Positions 16,257 through 21,372 of a DNA stretch of 21,372 nt are shown in pieces. The stretch is from Anaerolineales bacterium (GTDB lineage Bacteria > Chloroflexota > Anaerolineae > Anaerolineales > JABWBV01). The stretch's first letter is position 1. Each line of letters begins with the position of its first letter. The notes beneath the pieces are model-generated. The model was not told the origin of the DNA. It did no database searches and saw nothing but the letters and a program-made list of their open reading frames with translations. A program made the translations under genes and the position numbers. The DNA is taken from positions 1 through 21,372 of the forward strand of contig JBFKII010000029.1 in NCBI GenBank assembly GCA_041632295.1, read 5' to 3'.

Positions 16257-17146
16257 GCGGGGGCTGGAGCTGGCTGCGCCGGGCCCCGCATTACCGCACG
16301 CCCGTCCGGTTGCTGTTGGGCATCGGGATGCAGGTGATCGCCTGGCAGGTCAGCCGGTGGGTGGATCGCGGCCTGTTTCGGCCAGAGGACATCGACGTTC
16401 ACAAGTTTGAGATCCATTTGCCGCGACTGCATCCCGCCTTCGACGGTTTTCGCCTGCTTCACATCTCGGATATCCACATGGGCACCTGGATGAACCCGGC
16501 GCGCCTCTCAGGGATCGTGCAAATGATCAACGACCTGCAGGCGGACCTGGTGGCGATCACCGGCGATTTCGTCTCCTACACGATCGACGGGCCGATCCAA
16601 TCCATGGTAGGACCGTTGAAATCCATCTGCTCCAGGGAGGGAAATTTTGCCGTCCTGGGCAACCACGATATGTGGACAGACCCTGAAGCGGTGCGGGCGA
16701 TGCTGGCTTCCAGCGGCATCCGCGAGCTCAGAAACCAGGCTGTGACCTTGGACCGGGATGGCGGCTGCCTGCACATCTGCGGTGTGGACAACGTATACAC
16801 CGGTCACGCGGACCTGGTGCCGGTCCTAGAGAGCCTGCCCCCCGAAGGTGCAGCGGTCCTGCTGGCGCACGAACCGGATTTTGCCGACCAGGCTGCCGCC
16901 AGCGGGCGTTTCGATCTGCAGCTTTCCGGGCATTCCCACGGCGGCCAATTGAATCTGCCGCTGATCGGCCCCCCATTTCTGCCACACCTGGCAAAAAAAT
17001 ATCCCCGCGGTCATTACCGGGTTAGGGACATGCATCTGTACACCAGCCGCGGCCTCGGTACGACCGCTTTGCAGATCCGCTTTCGCTGCCCGCCTGAGAT
17101 CGCCATCCTTCGCCTGCAATCCTCTCCGGTGGGTTTCAAAACATGA
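16253..17146 (+). CDS. membrane-anchored metallophosphoesterase (YkuE/YaeI-like calcineurin-like phosphoesterase)
   Basis: The canonical motifs are LLHISDIHMG, ITGDFV, LGNHDMW, LAHEPD and LSGHSHGGQ. An N-terminal TM lies at VRLLLGIGMQVIAWQV. The start overlaps the previous stop (ATGA). Confidence 0.85.
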   Translation: MSGGWSWLRRAPHYRTPVRLLLGIGMQVIAWQVSRWVDRGLFRPEDIDVHKFEIHLPRLHPAFDGFRLLHISDIHMGTWMNPARLSGIVQMINDLQADLVAITGDFVSYTIDGPIQSMVGPLKSICSREGNFAVLGNHDMWTDPEAVRAMLASSGIRELRNQAVTLDRDGGCLHICGVDNVYTGHADLVPVLESLPPEGAAVLLAHEPDFADQAAASGRFDLQLSGHSHGGQLNLPLIGPPFLPHLAKKYPRGHYRVRDMHLYTSRGLGTTALQIRFRCPPEIAILRLQSSPVGFKT

Positions 17147-18258
17147 ACTCTTTCGGAAAGGTGGACCGCGCAGCGATTTCCCGTTTTGCGGCTTACGCCC
17201 TTTCGTTCCTACTTTCGCTGCTGCTACCCGCGGCCCTGATTGTCCTTCAAACCGGTCTGACGCTTTCAAGCCGGGACCGGGTGTCCGGGATCCTCTCCCA
17301 GGCCGCAGTTGAGTCCGGTTTGCTTCCTGAAGGGCTGGCCTGGTTCGCAAAAAACCGGGCGGCAAGCTACGCAGCCGGCCCGGGGACGGGGGAGGTGGTG
17401 GAAGAGCCGGATATCGGCGCTATCCTGGATTCGATTCCTGCGGATGGCTGGCGGCGAGTCAGCGCCACTCTGCTTACCGAAGAAATGCTGGGTGCGTGGG
17501 CCTCCCAAACTGTGGATGGGGTGTCCGCATGGCTGGAATCGGGCGAAAAGCTGCCCTCAGTGGTCTGGACACTGGCGCCATTGCGGGAGCGGCTGCAGAC
17601 GGAGGACGGGCGCATGGTAGTCGCCGTCGGCTTCGCCGCCCTGCCTCCCTGTTCCGCGGTGCAGCTCGAGGCTTTTGAAACCCGGCTGCTGGAAGCAAAT
17701 CCCGGAGATTCCGTCGTTTTCGAAGCCTGCCAGCATCCGCCCCCCTGGTTTCAGGAACAGTTCAACGCTTACCTGGGCTCGCTGGCAAGGATCGCCGCGG
17801 GGATCGGAGACCAATTCGACCTGACAACTGCGCTTCAGCAGGCGGAAAACCCGCAGGGTGTGGGCGTCCTGTGGTTGAAAAACGGGTTGCGAGCTTTCCT
17901 TTGGGGGCGTTTCCTCATCCCCTTCGTTTACCTGGCGATACTGGTAGCCATACGAATCCTGATTGGCCGGGACCGCCTGGAAATCGGAAAAACTATCGGG
18001 GTCTCACTTTCCCTCGGTGGGAGCCTGTCGATGCTGATCGCAGGCGCCTACCCGCCTGTGATCCAGCGGATCGTGGCTTCATGGGTGCTGAGCGAAGTGC
18101 CGGCGCGGCTCCACCCGGCAGCCTCCAACGCGTTCGTTCGCCTTTCCGAGCTTGTATTTCCGCCAGTGGTCCTGGCAGGTGGGGTGGTCCTGGTGGTTGG
18201 TGTGGGGATTATGCTCTGGGGAGCGGGGGTCTTGGCCCGCCGGAGACCTCCACCCTAA
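17143..18258 (+). CDS. hypothetical membrane protein. It has an N-terminal TM, an extracytoplasmic domain of about 200 aa and 3-4 C-terminal TM helices.
   Basis: The ATG overlaps the phosphoesterase stop (ATGA). The hydrophobic segments are LSFLLSLLLPAALIVL and the C-terminal helices. This is the last gene of the operon. Confidence 0.6.
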   Translation: MNSFGKVDRAAISRFAAYALSFLLSLLLPAALIVLQTGLTLSSRDRVSGILSQAAVESGLLPEGLAWFAKNRAASYAAGPGTGEVVEEPDIGAILDSIPADGWRRVSATLLTEEMLGAWASQTVDGVSAWLESGEKLPSVVWTLAPLRERLQTEDGRMVVAVGFAALPPCSAVQLEAFETRLLEANPGDSVVFEACQHPPPWFQEQFNAYLGSLARIAAGIGDQFDLTTALQQAENPQGVGVLWLKNGLRAFLWGRFLIPFVYLAILVAIRILIGRDRLEIGKTIGVSLSLGGSLSMLIAGAYPPVIQRIVASWVLSEVPARLHPAASNAFVRLSELVFPPVVLAGGVVLVVGVGIMLWGAGVLARRRPPP

Positions 18259-18315
18259 ACGATTTGTTAGAAATCTCCCCCAGGGATATTTTTCTCCGGT
18301 GTGCTGAAACTTGCC

Positions 18316-18325
18316 GTGATATAAT
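18316..18325 (+). promoter_or_regulatory. extended -10 promoter element (TGaTATAAT) upstream of ssrA
   Basis: gTGaTATAAT lies 10 nt upstream of the mature tmRNA 5' end, with TTGCCG immediately upstream. Confidence 0.4.
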
Positions 18326-18335
18326 CCCTGGTCCC

Positions 18336-18731
18336 GGGGATGACAGGCTTCGACGGAAGAGGCTGTTCCCGGACTGCGAGCCGAGAGGCGCCGACCTCGT
18401 AAAATCAGCGCAAAACGTTAAGTGCCAACCGCACAAACACCTACGCTGCCCTCCCTCTCGCTGCATAAGCGACTGAAGGCAGCCTGACCCGATAAAGGGT
18501 CACGCCCCCCGGGACCGTTCATTGGCCGGGCCCGGGTCCGGCGGACAAAAGTCAATGTGCCGCCCGTGGACGCCGCTAAACGGGTGAAAGCGGGGCTTTC
18601 GGGCTCCAGCGGCTTGCCCGGATGACCTTTGGTCCGCTGTAGGTCTCCAGGTGAAGAGAAACAACGGACTACGCTCGTAGATGTTCGCGGGGCTAATCTT
18701 TCGGACTCGGGTTCGATTCCCGACATCTCCA
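18336..18731 (+). ncRNA. ssrA: tmRNA (SsrA), one-piece, about 396 nt
   Basis: The 5' GGGGAUGACAGGCUUCGACGG matches the tmRNA consensus (GGGGxUGAxUxCGACGG). The 3' tRNA-like end is GGACUCGGGUUCGAUUCCCGACAUCUCCA. The acceptor stem forms with 5' GGGGAUG including a G3:U wobble. CCA is not encoded. A CUCGUAAAA..GCGCAAAACG region precedes the tag reading frame. Confidence 0.85.
18424..18468 (+). other. tmRNA tag-peptide reading frame (A)NRTNTYAALPLAA-stop
   Basis: The frame runs GCC AAC CGC ACA AAC ACC UAC GCU GCC CUC CCU CUC GCU GCA UAA. It begins with Ala and ends with LAA like canonical SsrA degrons. The other two frames do not give an Ala-start/AA-end tag of plausible length. Confidence 0.6.
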
Positions 18732-18739
18732 TGGAATAA

Positions 18740-18761
18740 GGGCGCGTGAGCGCCCTTTTTT
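18740..18761 (+). terminator. rho-independent terminator of ssrA
   Basis: GGGCGC-gtga-GCGCCC is followed by TTTTTT. Confidence 0.7.
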
Positions 18762-18832
18762 CGTCCCAATTATTTCGATTGAAGAAAACCTTTTGATTCC
18801 GCCCCCCAGGAAAGGGAGGTCCCGAAGGCACG

Positions 18833-20038
18833 TCATTGCCCCTTTCCGATCCTCACCACCAAACCTTTTAAATAATTCCCCTCTGGAAAATTGAGTGCGA
18901 CCGGGTGATCCGGTGACGGCCCCAGTCGGTCCTCGATCTGGGCTACCACCCCCGCGTCCAGGGCGGCGCCGGCAACGATCTTCTGGAACAACTCGCTGCT
19001 CACCCCGCCAGAGCACGAAAAAGTCATCAGCCGCCCCCCCGGGCGCAGCAGGCGGAAAGCCGAGAGATTGATGTCTTTGTATCCTCTGGCAGCCCTCTCG
19101 ACATGTTTCCGGGTTGGGGCAAACTTCGGCGGATCCAGCACGATCAGGTCGAATTTGTGACCTTCAGAGTTCAACCGGCGCAATTCGGAGAACACATCGC
19201 CGGGGATCCAGTCATGGTTGCGCTCTGCCATGCCGTTGATATGCAAACTTTCCTCTCCTAGCCGGATCGCCTCTCCCGAGGTCTCGACCGACAGGACGCT
19301 CCGGGCCCCGCCGGCCAGGGCGCTGATGCTGAACCCGCCGGTGTAAGCAAAGCAGTTCAAGATGTCCTTCCCACCGGCTGCCAGCCCGAGTATTCGCCGG
19401 TTGTCTCTCTGGTCCAGATAAAAACCGGTCTTGTGCCCGCCGGCGATATCGACCAGGAAACGCAGGCCGTTTTCCCGGATTTCGACCCATCCCCCGGGGC
19501 CCTCTCCGCGCAGGGGACCGAAGCGAGCTGGAAGCCCTTCCAGGGACCGCACATCGACATCCGAGCGCTCGTAAATCTGGCCGCAGCCCATCAACTCCAC
19601 CAGCGCATCGACGATCGTTTCCCGCCAGCGCTCCGGCCCGGCTGACAGGCACTGGACGACCAGCCAGTCCGCGTACTGGTCGACCACCAGGCCCGGCAGG
19701 CCGTCCGATTCGGCATTGACCAGCCGGGCGGCGTTATTTTCTGAGTCCAACATTGGCCTGCGCAGGTCCAGGCTCTCCTGCAGCCTTTCCAGGAAAAATG
19801 CTTCGTCCACGGGCCGGTCCTCGTGCCAGCTCCACACGCGCGCCCGGATATTTGCGCCGGGGGCATACGCCGCCCAGGCCAGGAAACCGCCGGCCGCGTC
19901 CCGAACGGCGATGGTCTCTCCCAGGCCCGGATCGCCCGAGACTGAGGCGACCGCTCCCGAAAAAATCCAGGGGTGCCGCCGCGCCAGCGCCCGCTCGCGG
20001 CCTGGTTTGAGCAACAGCGTCGGGGCAATCTCATCCAT
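18833..20038 (-). CDS. rlmI: 23S rRNA (cytosine1962-C5)-methyltransferase RlmI
   Basis: There is near-colinear motif agreement with E. coli RlmI/YccW. Shared motifs are RRHPWIFSGAVA, LGETI, IRARVW, GHKTGFYLDQRDNRR, LNCFAYTGGFS, DPPKFA, GYKDINL, TFSCSG, LFQKIVAGAALDAG, ADHPV and PEGNYLKG. The ATG at 20038 has GAGGA 6 nt upstream. The track GTG at 20041 lies inside the spacer. Confidence 0.9.
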   Translation of the reverse strand: MDEIAPTLLLKPGRERALARRHPWIFSGAVASVSGDPGLGETIAVRDAAGGFLAWAAYAPGANIRARVWSWHEDRPVDEAFFLERLQESLDLRRPMLDSENNAARLVNAESDGLPGLVVDQYADWLVVQCLSAGPERWRETIVDALVELMGCGQIYERSDVDVRSLEGLPARFGPLRGEGPGGWVEIRENGLRFLVDIAGGHKTGFYLDQRDNRRILGLAAGGKDILNCFAYTGGFSISALAGGARSVLSVETSGEAIRLGEESLHINGMAERNHDWIPGDVFSELRRLNSEGHKFDLIVLDPPKFAPTRKHVERAARGYKDINLSAFRLLRPGGRLMTFSCSGGVSSELFQKIVAGAALDAGVVAQIEDRLGPSPDHPVALNFPEGNYLKGLVVRIGKGQ

Positions 20039-20066
20039 CACAAATCCTCAAAGGGGCAAAACAAAA

Positions 20067-20087
20067 CTCCCGGAGCGTATCCGGGAG
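20067..20087 (-). terminator. terminator/attenuator hairpin between the alpha-oxoamine synthase gene and rlmI (coordinates approximate, +/-1)
   Basis: The minus strand reads CUCCCGGAuacgcUCCGGGAG followed by UUUUGUUUUG, immediately after the upstream stop and just before the rlmI SD. Confidence 0.5.
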
Positions 20088-20093
20088 CCGTGT

Positions 20094-21329
20094 TCAGGAG
20101 GAAGCTGCGTTTTGGGGCTCGCCTTCCAGCACCCCGAGACGGTGGCCGGCATCGATGATCACCTCCATGGCGTGGGCGATCTCTTCGGTGTCATGCGCTG
20201 CGGTGATCGTTGCTCGCAGCCGGCTCAGCCCTGGGGGAACTGCAGGAGACACCACCGGCAGGACAAACACGTCCTGGTTCTGGCAGCTGGCGGTCATGCG
20301 GAATGCAGTTTCGTCATCCCCGCAGACGATCGGCACGATGGCGGTCTCGGTGAACAGCGTGTCAAAACCGGCCCCTTTCAACCCCTGAATGAACTGGCTC
20401 GAATTTTGATTGAGTTTTTCGATCCGCCAGGGCTCGTCCAGGATCACCTTGAACGCTTCGTTTGCAGCCGCGGCGATCGCCGGAGGCAGCGCAGCAGAAA
20501 AGATGTAAGCCCTTCCGGTGTGCCTCAGGTACTGGACGATCTCGCGCCTGGCAGCCACGTACCCTCCGACAGCCGGGATGGTCTTGCTGAGCGTGCCCAT
20601 CTTGATGTCGATAGTGCCTTCCATGCCGAAATGCTCTTCGATGCCGCGCCCCTGTTTGCCCAGCACCCCGACGGAATGGGCTTCGTCGACCATCAGCCAG
20701 GCGTTGTATTTCCTGCACAGCTCGACCAGCCGGGGGAAATCGATGATGTCGCCGTCCATGCTGAAGACCGAATCGACGACCACCAGGCGGGCGGCGTCGG
20801 CGGGAATGGCGCTCAGGCGGCTTTCCAGGGCTTCCATGTCATTGTGCTTGAAGCGCTGGAACTTCGCCCCCGACATCAGGCATCCATCGACAATGCTGGC
20901 GTGGTTGAGCTTGTCCGAGAGCACGTAGTCCCCGCGGCCGACCAGGGAGGAGATCACGGTCAGATTCGTGGCGTATCCCGACGAGAATGTCACCGCGGCC
21001 TCTGTGCCTTTGAAATCGGCGATCGTCTCCTCAAGTTCCTCATGGATCGGCAGGGACCCGGCCAGCGTGCGCACTCCGTGCGTTCCGGTGCCGTAGCGGT
21101 CAATGGCCTCCTGGGCAGCCTTGTTTAGACGGGGGTGGCCGATCAGGCCCAGGTAGCTGTATGAGGCGTACATGCCCATTTCACGGCCATCCACCAACAC
21201 CCGCCCACCGCCGCGGATCTCCTGGATGGGCCGGTTGTAAAAATAGAGGCCCTTTGAGCGGATGTCCTCCACTCGGTTATTGATGAGGTCCATCCGGAAG
21301 GTGACGCTGTCCTGCCAGTCAAAATCCAT
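20094..21329 (-). CDS. PLP-dependent alpha-oxoamine synthase family protein (8-amino-7-oxononanoate synthase / 2-amino-3-ketobutyrate CoA ligase / serine palmitoyltransferase-like)
   Basis: The PLP-lysine motif is GTLSKTIPAVGGY. Other family motifs are SYLGL, FSSGYATN, LNHASIVDG, DSVFSMDGD and VDEAHSVG. The ATG at 21329 has AGGAG with a 6-nt spacer. The track start is TTG at 21350. Confidence 0.85.
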   Translation of the reverse strand: MDFDWQDSVTFRMDLINNRVEDIRSKGLYFYNRPIQEIRGGGRVLVDGREMGMYASYSYLGLIGHPRLNKAAQEAIDRYGTGTHGVRTLAGSLPIHEELEETIADFKGTEAAVTFSSGYATNLTVISSLVGRGDYVLSDKLNHASIVDGCLMSGAKFQRFKHNDMEALESRLSAIPADAARLVVVDSVFSMDGDIIDFPRLVELCRKYNAWLMVDEAHSVGVLGKQGRGIEEHFGMEGTIDIKMGTLSKTIPAVGGYVAARREIVQYLRHTGRAYIFSAALPPAIAAAANEAFKVILDEPWRIEKLNQNSSQFIQGLKGAGFDTLFTETAIVPIVCGDDETAFRMTASCQNQDVFVLPVVSPAVPPGLSRLRATITAAHDTEEIAHAMEVIIDAGHRLGVLEGEPQNAASS

Positions 21330-21372
21330 CTCAGGCTCCTGTTTCAGCAAAAAAGGAGGATCGTTTCAATCG

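Noticed and set aside
19716-21128. 470-aa plus-strand ORF
   Set aside because: It is antisense to both rlmI and the alpha-oxoamine synthase gene, which have strong family motifs. It also spans the intergenic terminator.
1-21372. Search for CRISPR arrays, IS/transposase/integrase genes, rRNA/tRNA genes
   Set aside because: There are no regularly spaced direct repeats, no transposase- or recombinase-like ORFs and no cloverleaf-sized tRNA candidates other than the tRNA-like domain of ssrA.

Overview
This is a GC-rich bacterial chromosomal segment of about 21.4 kb carrying roughly 22 protein genes, one tmRNA gene (ssrA) and several regulatory and terminator structures. I see no transposases, integrases, CRISPR arrays or rRNA/tRNA genes. 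Gene order runs as follows. From 56 to 1316 on the minus strand lies an operon of a SAM methyltransferase, a cytochrome-b5-like heme-binding protein and a small Cys-rich membrane protein. A CHAD-domain gene sits on the plus strand. From 6427 to 2316 on the minus strand lies a valS, nitroreductase and zinc-ribbon membrane protein operon. It is preceded by a textbook sigma70 promoter and a T-box leader with a GUC (Val) specifier candidate. A divergent MBL-fold hydrolase gene follows, then plsY, then a translationally coupled pair of polytopic membrane protein and JAMM/MPN metalloprotease. Next is a monocistronic 705-aa flotillin-like SPFH protein that lacks the usual N-terminal membrane hairpin. 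After it comes a degenerate calcineurin-like phosphoesterase, divergent from a tightly overlapped six-gene operon. That operon holds an ABC ATPase with Walker A GPNGAWKS (Trp where the invariant Gly normally sits), two ABC-2 permeases, a small membrane protein, a membrane-anchored canonical metallophosphoesterase and a bitopic/polytopic membrane protein. Then come ssrA (tag ANRTNTYAALPLAA), rlmI, and an alpha-oxoamine synthase (BioF/Kbl/SPT family) gene at the window edge. The most notable unexplained unit is the ABC/phosphoesterase operon and its degenerate divergent partner. The T-box leader and the tmRNA are well-supported RNA elements that a CDS-only annotation would miss. The lineage is probably a T-box-using high-GC Terrabacteria organism (Chloroflexota-like), which is an inference only. 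All product calls rest on motifs read from the translated ORFs, not on database searches.
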